A stretch of DNA of 63,849 nucleotides, counting the filler, from Octopus bimaculoides (lineage: Eukaryota), in the NCBI RefSeq assembly GCF_001194135.2. It is 6 parts of 5 records of this genome, joined end to end, with 100 filler letters (N's around TTAATTAATTAA, not from the genome) between each part and the next. Parts side by side here need not be neighbours in the genome. Positions count along the whole stretch, not along the records: positions 41,553 to 54,083 come from NC_068984.1; positions 54,184 to 62,342 come from NC_068984.1; positions 62,443 to 63,849 come from NC_068995.1; 3 more parts are not named here. One strand, given 5' to 3'. Shown here one piece after another: positions 52,211 through 63,849 of the stretch; position 1 is the stretch's first letter; each line of letters starts with the position of its first letter. A program made the translations under genes and the position numbers. The notes below the pieces were generated by a model that made no database searches, was not told the DNA's origin, and saw nothing but the letters and a program-made list of their open reading frames with translations.

Positions 52211-52370
52211 CACATATATGTGCAACGGGCTTCTTTCGGTTTCCATCAATCAAATCCACTCAAGGCTTTGGTCGGTGCGAGGCTACAGAAGAAGACACTT
52301 GCCCAAGGTGTCACGCAGGGGGACTGAGCTCGGACCCATGTGGTTGGGAAGCAAACCTCTAGCCACACAG
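51935..52370 (-). mobile_element. CORE-SINE lacking its extreme 5' end, abutting a mariner TIR
   Basis: Tail TTAGACTGCGGCCATGCTGGGGCACC through core and head ...CCACACAG. Confidence 0.8.
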
Positions 52371-53546
52371 GTCATCCCATACGTTCTGTCCGATTTTACC
52401 TTTTTCAAAATTGAATGAAATTTAATAGTATTTTAGAATGTCTAATGGAATTAAAAATTATTTTTATGCATTTGTGTACATTTAAGCTAATTAAATATTA
52501 TTTTACAGAATAATAGAATTAAAATTTCTTTGATTAAAACCCGTTCTAACATGGAAGTATCCAAAGAGCATTTGAGGCACANNNNNNNNNNTCAGAAGTG
52601 GAGATTTCAGCCTTGAAGATGAAGTCGAACAGGACATCCAGTTGAGTTTGATGATAAGCTCCTTGAGGCATTACTTGAAGAAAATCCTGCATTATCAGTT
52701 GAAGAATTGGCAATAAAGCTTAGTTTAAGCCATACAACTGTTCATTGTCATTTTCAACAACTTGGAAAGGTCCCTAAACTTGGAAAATGGGTGCCTCATG
52801 GATTGTCTGAAAGCAAACGCTAATCCCAAGTTGACATCTGCTCTTCTCTCCATTCTCGCGAACTCATTTCACCCTTTTTGGATGGATTTGTGACTGGTGA
52901 CGAAAAATGGATCTTCTATCGAAATGTTAAACGTCGTAAACAGTGGTTTGGTAAAAGGGAAAAAAACTCAACTACAACCGAGAAGGAAACTTCATGGGAA
53001 AAAGGTTCTTCTCTCTATTTGGTAGACTTGCAAAGGAGTAATTCACTTTGAATTGTTACCACCTAATGCTACAATCAATGCTCAAGTCTACTGTCAGCAA
53101 TTAGAGCATTTGAACGAGGCTTTGAAGAAAAAAGACCCGCTTTAGTGAATCGGAAAGGAGTGATGTTTCATCAGGACAATGCGCGACCCCACACTGCAAA
53201 GATCACATCACAGAAGATCGAAGAGCTTGGTTGGGAAAAAAATCCTCATCCACCTTATTCTCCCGACCTTGCTCCTTGAGACTATCATTGGTTTCGTAGT
53301 TTATAGAAACAGTTAGGGGACATAACTTTCGCAAGCCAGGAGGAGGTCGAAACTGACATCTCAGAGTTCTTCGATTTGAAACCAAAAGAGTTTTACATTG
53401 ATGGGATTAAAAAGCTAGTAAATAGATGGAAGGAAGTCATAGATAATCAGAGAATGTACATTGAAGATTAAATTTCAATTAAATATAACATTTGATCATT
53501 TGTTTTCTTTATTTAAAATTCGGACAGAACTTATGGGATGACTTGA
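52368..53546 (+). mobile_element. mariner (DD34D) transposon, full length, decayed
   Basis: TIRs GTCATCCCATA(C/A)GTTCTGTCCG, MEVSKEHLRH, WVPHGL, VTGDEKW and HQDNARPH...YSPDLAP*D with 34-residue spacing. Contains stops and frameshifts. Confidence 0.92.
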
Positions 53547-53871
53547 TATATACAACGTATTTCTAACACACCACGTCCGTAAGAGATATCATCTCTAACG
53601 ATAACCGCAGTATCTGGCCCGTGAATGATGTGTTACATTCGGTATGATAATACATAGATGGCTATTTTAATTTAACGATGAATCTATTAAGTTTAATCAT
53701 TAGTAAATGTGCGTTCTCACATTTATACAAAAGAATTCATGCAATTCATACTCGTATTTATTTAAACACCATGGTTCTGACTTCGTGGCTAAGGGTCTTC
53801 CATTATAAAACCAATATTATATAATTGATCCTGATCTATCTTCGAAATTGGATTCACTCTCTCATCGCCAT

Positions 53872-54083
53872 CATGTGGCTTCCTTGTCTCTTTTTTATAA
53901 GTATTTCCATGGACATTGTTCAACTGAACTCTCTTCTCTGGGTCCTCTTTGAAGACCTTATTAGCGACCACCTAGACTTGCATCCAGTTCTCATCGTTGT
54001 CATGTGGCTTCCTTGTCTCTTTTCTATAAGTATTTTCATAGACATTGTTCAACTGAGCTCTTTTCTCTGGGTCCTCTTTGAAG
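53872..54083. repeat. 129-bp tandem duplication, truncated by a gap
   Basis: CATGTGGCTTCCTTGTCTC... recurs at 53872 and 54001. Confidence 0.85.
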
Positions 54084-54257
54084 NNNNNNNNNNNNNNNNN
54101 NNNNNNNNNNNNNNNNNNNNNNNNNNNTTAATTAATTAANNNNNNNNNNNNNNNNNNNNNNNNNNNNNNNNNNNNNNNNNNNNTACGTATGTATATATAT
54201 ACATACGCACACACACATACAAAAGTGTATGCACGTATGTGTGAAAATATGTGTATG

Positions 54258-54292
<35 letters not shown>

Positions 54293-55389
54293 ATATGTAT
54301 ATATGTCTATATATCTGTATATACATATATGTGTGTATATATAAATGTATATATAAATGTGTGTGTGTGTGTATAAATATATATATATATATATATATCC
54401 TTATATAGATCCACTCCCACACATACACACACACATATAAATATATGTGTATGTGTGTATGCGTATCTCACAAATATGGTCATAAACTCAGACACATATG
54501 TGCATGGCAATGAGAACTCATATGTATATATGGAGATATATCTTCCAAATCCAAATTGTATATATTTGTATTCATATACATGTATAAGTAAATCTGCCTA
54601 TATATATATATATATATTTATATCCATATTTGTACATCTTTATATGTATATGTATCTGAGTGTGATTGCGTTTATGCGTATGAATGTGTGTGTGTGTGTG
54701 GGTTTATAATGGCGGACTTCTCTGTATTCGTGTGTCTTTGAGATTGTCTGTTTCTTCGTTTCATGTTTTTTTTCAGCCTTCCGTTTGACGCTATAGAAAT
54801 ATTTCAATTATAGATAGTTGCAGATTTATGATTCGGTTAGATGAATGAACAAAATGCAGCCAATATTTTTGCGGCTGACCTTTGAAGCTCGGTTCCAACT
54901 TTAATGGAAGCCAAAGTAGAAATATTCCTCTGTCTTGTATTCAAACTAAAACAGCTCTGTCTGGAAACTTTAGATAGTACTATATGGTTATTTTTTATAT
55001 GCATGTATATATGTTTTTTTTTCTATTTTCTGCGCATGTATCCATATTTCAAGCGGTCGGAGATAGAATAATGCAATGGAATAAAGATAAAGATATAAAC
55101 AAAAAGAAAAAAGTGAAAACGAATAGAAGAAATATTTGAACAATAAATATGGCGGAAAAAGAGTAAAAAAAAAGAAGATTGTCTGAATTCATCGACCGAC
55201 GAGAACGGCAGCATCAACAATAACAACGACGACTAGAGCAACAACAACAACAACAACAACAACAACCACAATAACAACAACAACAACAACAGAAGCAGGA
55301 GAATTTCAGAACGAAAGCAACAATAATATGGACGATTATGATTTGTTTCTGTAGTACAGGGGCAAAATAAATAAATAAATAAATAAATA

Positions 55390-55437
55390 AATGACGGAAA
55401 TAATTATGAGAACGACGACGACGACGTCGAAAGTGAC

Positions 55438-55483
<46 letters not shown>

Positions 55484-55882
55484 GTGAAGATGGTGTTGGT
55501 GATGGTGATGAGGATGATGATGATGATGACGGTGATGGAGTTGATGTTGGTACTGGTGATGATGATGATGGCAACGACAAATGCATGAAAATGACGATGA
55601 CGATGATGATTTTGGTGATGACGATTATGATGACGATGATGATTTTGGTGATGACGATTATGATGACGATGATGATTTTGGTGATGACGATGATGATGAC
55701 GATGATGATTATAAGTATGCTGCTGCAGCTGGGCATGACGACGACGACGACGATGAAAGTGAGGAGAAGGAGGAGGTGGAGGAAAGACGAAAGTAATGAT
55801 GACGACGAGTTTGACGATGGTGCCTGGTGCTTTAATGACGATCATGATGATGGTGACCACACGATAACGATGCTGGCTTAGC

Positions 55883-55938
<56 letters not shown>

Positions 55939-55950
55939 TTAACGATGATG
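55390..55950. repeat. (GAT/GAC)n low-complexity tract containing a 33-bp unit repeated 3 times
   Basis: Unit GATGACGATGATGATTTTGGTGATGACGATTAT. Confidence 0.9.
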
Positions 55951-56412
55951 ATAAAATAACAATATTGAAAATAATAACAAAATAATAACAAAATAAATAA
56001 ATGAATAATGATCATAATTGATTCAATAAATGAATTATTTTATAGAAAACAGCATCCCCTCCTATGTAATATAACAGTTGCTATATATATATAAATATAT
56101 ATATATATATACATTTACTGTGTGTATGCGCGTGTGAGTGTGTGTGTGTGTGTGAGTCAGTGTGTAATGGAGATATAAAACAAAAGTGAAGGCGAAGGTT
56201 AAGGTAGTATAGACTGATTTTGCAAAGGCTGATGGTGACAAAGCCATCGTGTCGAAGTTGATGTTATGATGATGGAAGTATGGCTGCCATTGAATTTTTT
56301 GTTATTAATTCAAAAACAAATAATTTTTGAGCTTCAAAAGATTTCAGTTTGACCGACCTCCATCTTGAACACATTGCAGTGATTTCATTACTCGATTCTG
56401 TTTTTCTAAACC

Positions 56413-56476
<64 letters not shown>

Positions 56477-57352
56477 GCATATGTATACATATGCATATAC
56501 ACAGACACACACATATACATATATATTATACATATATATGTATGTGTATATTCATATATTCATATATATATATGTGTGTGTTTGTCTGTATTTACACACA
56601 TACTGAAAATATTATGTGACTTGTAATATCAGAAAAAACATTAAAAAATAATAACAACTAGAACATTAATACTAATTATTGTTTCTTAATATAGGAATTA
56701 AAGCTAACATGAATAATAATGTTATAATATAATTTATATAATTCATTCCGTCATTTAATGTTTATTTGTAAGACTGCTAGTATGCTAGAGATCAAATATA
56801 ATCAATACTAGAAATCAATATTGTATTGATAGAAAATGTGTTGTATAGCAACAACTAATATCTCGATAGTTTGTCACTATAAACAATGTTTCAATCTCTT
56901 GATACGATAATTTCATCTCACACGTTATTTAACTACTACCAAAATGACAGCACTCATTTATCTCTCTATTTTCGTTGCTATTTGATGATGGACGTTTCTC
57001 CGAAGCGTTTTATATGGTTTCGTCATAACGGAATGAAGTTAATGAATCTTTTTTGTCTTCATGTTTATGATGCTAACCTTCACCGTCTTTCAAAATTTCT
57101 GATATTATCCGTTCTTTTCTTACTATGATGATAACCACGTGATCGATAACTACGTTAATAATCTAGACACAATGCCCGAATGCGTGCAACTGAGGGAATC
57201 TCTCTAAATTGATCAGGTGGTGTGGAACGTTTGGAGATTGAGGATATTTCGCTTTTAGGGGACGGTACTTTTTGGCAACGGAAGCAAACACACATACGAA
57301 GAAAGATACACATACAGAAAAATAGAGACAGACAGACAGAAAGAGAGTGGGA

Positions 57353-57427
<75 letters not shown>

Positions 57428-57513
57428 AAGAGAAGGAAAGATTACACAGACATGCAAACATAACTATATGATCACACACATAAACAGAGGGAAAGAGAGA
57501 AAGAAAGAGAGAC

Positions 57514-57601
<88 letters not shown>

Positions 57602-58399
57602 GAGGAACAAGAGAAAAACATTACAAGAAAAGAATCACTATAGTTTCTGATCTCAAATAAATCAGTGTCGAAACAGCGACACCAAACAGGTGACGCCAAA
57701 TCGGCTGCGCCAAAATGCCTCATACACCAGCTGGCGTTAAACAAGGTGACGGATTAAGTCTACCACGTAAGTTGACTACGGAAGGATTTGAACATATAAA
57801 GCAAAATCTTGAATAAATACTGCAAAGCAACTAGTTAGAAATTCTTACAGTTCCACCAATCCATCACCCAGGACAGATATATCTTTTATCGATTCTGCAA
57901 AGATGAAAGGTAAAGTTGATTTCGTGTTGACAACATTTCTATTTTTACTTCTATCATTGTAAATGCTATCGTTGTCATTTAAAACTCCATCTGATTGCTA
58001 AATCTTTTCTCAAGCAATTCTCAAAGCATAGTTAAATAGTTAAATAATTGCTGCATAATTTTACACCCAATTATCGATTACAATTCCACGCCTAAACAAC
58101 TGTTAAGCAGTTTTCTCTATACTTTGTGTTTATTTTTTGCATAATAATATCGTAGAGTTGTTAAACAGGCTGAGTCTTATTACTGGAGGAATTGGTTCAC
58201 CGTCGAAATATATGTTTGTTGTTTCTTTTCTACAATTATTTCCATGATATGTTTTCCAATGAACTTTCTGGCCACTCCACCTTCTGCATGATTATTAAAC
58301 GTGTCACTCGCTTCTCTTTACAAATACAAGCTGTAAGACTGAATTTTTTCCAATAGTAATAATGTATACGACTAGAGATATTTGCTTTGCCTTTACGCT

Positions 58400-59114
58400 T
58401 GTCCTCTTTAACAATTATACATCCGTGTACTCGGCCGGTGGTTGGAAATAAGGTAAAGGATGACTCTTCCGAGAATATAACTTACTTCCACTGCTCTAGG
58501 GTCTGTAGGTTTTTACTCCACTCTAAATGCTTTGTAACATTTGTTTTTGAAAGTAGTAGATGTCTGATTGCAGCCCCCGCCCCGTGAAATCCGGCTTTGT
58601 GCAGCTCCCGGAGAACAGTTTTTGTGGAAACTGGGTTCTCGAGGTGGTCATTAAGCACTGCAATAATTTTGGGAGCTGTACTTTTGTGATCCTCTCTAAC
58701 AATTCGCGTAAGAGTCTGACATTCCCTATCTGAAAGTCTTGGTTATCTGCCAGAGTTTTGTTTTGACGAGGAGGTTTTTCCCTCTATCTCAAAGGCTGTC
58801 ATTACTTTCGAAACTACTTCTTGATACACCAAATATTTCGGTTGCTTTCGTTTCGCTAGCGCCTGCCATACGAACACCAACAATTTGACGTTATTGAAAG
58901 TCTGATAGATCTGTCATTTTTATGAATTTTAATTACCTTTTTCTGATGATATCTGAAAAGAAACAGCAATTTTAGCAAAACATATTAAGCAACACTAATA
59001 ATAAATGAAAAAAACAAAACAACATAAAAATTAAAAGCTTTTGACGGTTTTATAGATATTTCAAAATTATGATACTATGATGCTAGGTGTTCCCATTATT
59101 TTGTCCAATCCCTG
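58400..59114 (-). mobile_element. Tc1-family transposon, 5' half, decayed
   Basis: TIR CAGGGATTGGACAAAATAATGGGAACACC next to TA. Translation includes QIVGVRMAGASETK...GVSR, KTSSSKQNSGR.PRLSDR and VIFSEESSFTLFPTTGRV. Confidence 0.85.
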
Positions 59115-59656
59115 TATATATTGCTGTTTCACTGTATCAACCAGACCCGTCAGTTTTTGTTACGTAGCGCTGGTCATAATGCGCTTGAAATTTTGTCTTG
59201 ATAAATATGTTTGTATGTATAAATTCATTGTATGTCTGCCAATATGATGGCACATATTGATACATATTACATATATATGGACACGTAGGCAGAAATATGG
59301 TTTGGATATGTTTCGAATCATATCGTATGGGGGTTGTGATTAACGGAAAGAATCGGAGGCAGAAAAAAATTTCATATATCATTGAAATGACACAGATAAG
59401 GACAAAAGCAATTCAGGAAACAATATTTTAAGTAACACATTAACTGACAATGCCTCTCTTGTACTCAGTGACAATAAAATTTATATATTGGCATTACACG
59501 TCTGTGAAAAAAATAAATCACGTTTTAGTCAATATTTTAAATCAAACAATAAACTCCAAGCTCATTAAACGAGTTAGAAATCTGAACAGGTTTCTTCCAT
59601 TCAAAGTTGGATATGGGTGAAAAAGCACGCTCCCCCTCTCTCTCTCTCTCTCTCTC

Positions 59657-59726
<70 letters not shown>

Positions 59727-60794
59727 TCATACGCGCACATTCGCACACATACACTCACACACACACACACACACACACACTCACTCATACACGCACATTC
59801 GCACACATACACTCACACACACACACACACACACATTCACATATGTACGCGTGGTTGTGTAGTTAAGAAGCTTCCTTTACTGCCACAAGGATAGAGGTTC
59901 AGCCCCACTGTACATCCCCATGGGCAAATGAATTGTACAATAGCCCCGAGCCAACCAATATCTTGTGGGTCAATTTGGTTTGACGGAAAATGTGGCAAAG
60001 GACGACGAGTGTGTATGTGTGTGTTTGTGTGTGTGTGTGTGTGTGTGTATGTATATGTATGTGCGTATATAAACATATATTTGTATATACATATATATGT
60101 AAATTATATACATAAGCACACAAACACACACAAACACCCTACCCCAACTATTTATGAAAAAAACGACTTCAATGAATTCAAAGTCCAACAAAATAACATC
60201 CTCTACATTTCCACTGAAGCTTCGACATTATAACTAAAACGACTCACCTCCACCCTTAGCACACCGAGTGATTAAAAACCCATTAGTCAATCTTCTCATA
60301 CAATCCAGAATACGACTATTTTCAGATAAACAAAACATTTAACACCCACGTGATCACTAGACATTCTTTCATAATATTCTTCAAAATATTTATTTGAACA
60401 CGCAACGCAGATGGCTAAAAATATTTCCATTGAAAATCTTTTTATAGTGGTTACTTTTTTCCTCCTGGCATATTTAAGCATACATACATACATACTTACA
60501 TACATGCATACATACATACATACATACATACACACACACATATATATANNNNNNNNNNNNNNNNNNNNNNNNNNNNNNNNNNNNNNNNNNNNNNNNNNNN
60601 NNNNNNNNNNNNNNNNNNNNNNNNNNNNNNNNNNNNNNNNNNNNNNNNNNNNNNNNNNNNNNNNNNNNNNNNNNNNNNNNNNNNNNNNNNNNNNNNNNNN
60701 NNNNNNNNNNNNNNNNNNNNNNNNNNNNNNNNNNNNNNNNNNNNNNNNNNNNNNNNNNNNNNNNNNNNNNNNNNNNNNNNNNNNNNNNNNNNNN

Positions 60795-60827
<33 letters not shown>

Positions 60828-60974
60828 TACATACATATGAGAAGCTTTGGTATCCAGAAGACCCAAAAGGAAGGTAAGGCTCTCTAAGTACTACGGTAGG
60901 ACAGCTGTTAGACTCCAGGTTCAATGATAGTATGAGTGAAGATTCCAATGCGAGACGTTTGTGAGTGTGTATCT

Positions 60975-61138
60975 GTTAAATAAAATGATATAACAAAGCG
61001 ATAATAGATGATGTGATATCGTCTCTGATGATGGAATATCATTTACATCCCTGAAACAGCTATAAGAGTACCTTTCTCTTTATAGATGTCCTAGAAATAT
61101 CAAAACCCCTTGGCCTTGTTATATCATTTCATTTAACA
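60975..61138 (+). other. Inverted-repeat-flanked segment containing a degenerate hammerhead motif (61021-61068), likely Penelope-derived
   Basis: Arms TTAAATAAAATGATATAACAAAGC and GCCTTGTTATATCATTTCATTTAA; inside is UCU-CUGAUGA-UGGA...UCCCU-GAAACAGCUAUA-AGA. Confidence 0.55.
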
Positions 61139-61199
61139 TATATATAAATACGGTGATGGTTGTATACTCCTTATGCATGCAGAGTTTGACCACCTCTTG

Positions 61200-61390
61200 T
61201 ATCTACACCTTAGAATCATCATAGAATCTGATGTGGCTTTTTAAACCAGACAATGTTTGGAAAACACACCCATATAGATCCTTTGGATTTGCAAACCTGG
61301 CATACATTGCATTCAAAGGTGTGCACAGACATATAGGCGAAATACTTGGTGGAGTTTCGTTTTCCATGGGTTCGGAGATGAGAGTTGTGC
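61200..61390 (-). mobile_element. RTE-like LINE 3' end (C-terminal zinc-finger-like remnant)
   Basis: Frameshifted SHLRTHG...FECNVC.VCKSKG and CVFQTLSGLKSHIRF resemble RTE ORF C-termini. Confidence 0.5.
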
Positions 61391-62049
61391 TCAGCAAAAA
61401 AAAAAAAAAAGGGCATGGTCTGTCACAATTCTTTGTTAATTCCTACCATTCTTTTTTTTTTAATTATAATTCCTTAAACTTTGATAAACCCATTATTATA
61501 AACTATGTAAATCCTATATTAATTCTTTACATTATCAGAATAAATTTTATCTCTTATGTGTCTTTCAAATAATATTAGATATATTAGCTTAAATTTTAAA
61601 TTTAAAAAAAAAATTTTAATAATTCAAAATAGTTTCTTTAGTCCAACATATATAAAATTTTTAAACTTTACACCTTATTTATAGCTTTTAAATTGAAAAT
61701 TGACACTACTTCAGGGATTTTGTACGAACAAATTACATCGTTATTATTAACATAATAATTAAGATAATATTGATATCTATAAGTTTTCCATACTTAGTAT
61801 ATGTAAAACAATACTGATGCATTATTCAGACTAAAGAAAAAGACCTGTTGACCTAGATGCTTAATGTTAAATTTCCCCTACATTATGATAGTAGTAAAAA
61901 ATAACCCAACCTAAAATTGTGTTGCCACTATACCCAGAGGAATCTTTATAACTATATCCATGTATAATGCTTACACCTTCCCTTTCCTTATAAGTGAAAG
62001 GTTAATTTGCTCCCTTAAACTTTCAATCACTAGATTGAAAGTTTAATGA

Positions 62050-62342
62050 GACCCAGCATGGTTTCCGTCCAGGTAGAAGCTGCCTCACGCAACTCTTGCA
62101 GCATTATGACTGGATCCTGAAGCAGCTGCTTGACCATTCAAATGTTGATGTGATATATCTCGACTTTGCAAAAGCCTTTGACAAAGTTGATCATGGCTTG
62201 ATATGTCACAAGCTGCGAAACCTTGGCATAGCTGGTAAATTAGGAGAGTGGCTGCATGACTTCCTGAATGCTAGAAGTCAGACAGTTGCAGCCAATGGAG
62301 AACTATCTAGGGAAACACAAATATTGAGCGGTGTTCCACAAG
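62050..62342 (+). mobile_element. CR1/L2-like LINE reverse transcriptase fragment
   Basis: QHGFRPGRSCLTQLLQHYD...VDVIYLDFAKAFDKVDHG...SGVPQ, ending at a gap. Confidence 0.88.
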
Positions 62343-62443
62343 NNNNNNNNNNNNNNNNNNNNNNNNNNNNNNNNNNNNNNNNNNNNTTAATTAATTAANN
62401 NNNNNNNNNNNNNNNNNNNNNNNNNNNNNNNNNNNNNNNNNNA

Positions 62444-62583
62444 ATATCTGCATTATTCGCTCTCTTTGGGTATTTGCCATTGAGAGGTTTTCCATGCCAT
62501 TTTTCAGTCATAATAGCTAAGGCAGCAATTTTAGCACGGGTTTTCAAGCGCTTAGCTTTTTCTGTAGGTGTTTCTAGTTCGTC

Positions 62584-62585
<2 letters not shown>
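62444..62585 (-). mobile_element. R4/Dong-clade LINE fragment beginning in a (TAA)n tract
   Basis: ETPTEKAKRLK...EKWHGKPLNGKYP resembles the post-RT W..K.LHG.Y region. Confidence 0.6.
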
Positions 62586-62631
<46 letters not shown>

Positions 62632-62660
62632 CATCATCATTACTATTATTATTATTATCA

Positions 62661-62727
<67 letters not shown>

Positions 62728-62794
62728 CATCATCATCATCATTATTATTATTAATAATAATAATATTATTATTATTATTATCATCATCATCGTC

Positions 62795-63320
62795 ATCTTC
62801 ACTGGGGTACAACTATACGAAGCCCAGTATACCTATCTTGAATACCCGTCTGATAAGGGTACACCAGGCACATGCATCACAACCAAATGTGCACGACATG
62901 GCGATCTCATATCAAGATAAACTGCGCATGAACTTGCAGATGGGGCCTTGTTAGAATTTTCTTCAGGTCGAGTAGCCCATCCCACTCAGTCCCTAAATAA
63001 GGGTTGTTTAAGGATTTTGAATGAAACACCAATGTTTTCAGAGGTGAATTATCAAACCCGAAAGAATTCCTCCCAACACAAGGCTATGATGCTCCTCCAC
63101 TACTTCTGCTCGTGATCAGGAATGCACATATGGTCAGCGACCAAGGGACATGCTCAACTGGTTAAGGTCAAACAACTGACAAGCAAATCTGTGGTATTAA
63201 GCAGAATATTTGATGTAGCCCATCTTTTTATACCAAGACAAAACAATGTACATGATAACACTTCCAATTAGTTAAGATCAGAAACCATGAGAGCCACTGC
63301 CTGGTACTGCGTCAAGGTAT
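62795..63320 (+). mobile_element. Dispersed SINE-like repeat with (TTA)n tail
   Basis: A second partial copy lies inverted at 10045-10325. Confidence 0.7.
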
Positions 63321-63328
63321 TTATTATG

Positions 63329-63387
<59 letters not shown>

Positions 63388-63849
63388 GCCTACTACTACT
63401 ACTAAGACGAATACTATTACTACTACTGATACTACTACTACTAATACTACTTCTTCAACTACTACTACTACTAAATTTGCTACTGTTTTCTGTTCTTAGC
63501 GCCGTTTGGATTTTTATACACTTAATAGTAGATAAACAAAATGGGAGGTAGACATTAAGGAAATCTTTTGAAAATATTAATGGTGGTAAAGTGGTTATTC
63601 AAGGGATCTTCTCTGGTGTGATGTATGTCTATGTGTCAATACGTGTGTGTGTGTGTCTATGCGTGTTAGTATATGCGATGTATGCATTAAAATTTTTATT
63701 TATATATTTATTTAGGTGTTTGCATTAGGGTTTTCAACTTTCATAGCATTCATTTACATAATTTCCCATACACAAATGTATAAATACTTCCACATATATG
63801 TGTGTATGTTTGTGTATTGTCTATATATGTATAAATATCCATATATATA

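Noticed and set aside
55581-55796. Asp-rich ORF with DDDDFGDDDY repeats
   Set aside because: Embedded in a (GAT)n tract with no splice or homology support; treated as a minisatellite.
56975-57035. Hammerhead-like TTGATGA...TCCGAAGCG
   Set aside because: Both core halves are mutated and stem I is unclear; too degenerate to call.
61219-61416. Possible host C2H2 zinc-finger exon
   Set aside because: The Cys/His motifs are split across frames and better match a decayed RTE LINE C-terminus.

Overview
This is repeat-dominated, AT-rich, gapped eukaryotic DNA. It is most likely from an octopus-type cephalopod, inferred from the octopus-like CORE-SINEs, MetaSINE-like SINEs, R4/Dong LINE ends and heavy (AC)n/(AT)n/(TAA)n/(TAC)n content. 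I recognise no intact host protein-coding gene, and nearly all ORFs in the track are microsatellite or N-gap artefacts. Decayed transposons are identifiable: a full-length TRT-like DD37E Tc1 element with perfect 28-bp TIRs, three maT/DD37D copies, three mariner copies, a Tc1 5' half, R4/Dong, CR1-like and RTE-like LINE fragments, many SINEs and a foldback MITE. The most striking signal is at 3684-4189. Two 157-bp direct repeats, 349 nt apart, each carry a type I hammerhead ribozyme motif (CUGAGGA, stem II, GAAAC-UCGA-GUC). Their stem I arms pair better across copies than within a copy, and the spacer between them is highly structured. This is the layout of a non-LTR retrozyme that could release a 349-nt, possibly circular, RNA. 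At least five more, mostly degenerate, minimal hammerhead motifs are scattered through the window. A few promoter-like and splice-bounded unique segments may belong to an unrecognised host transcript (low confidence).
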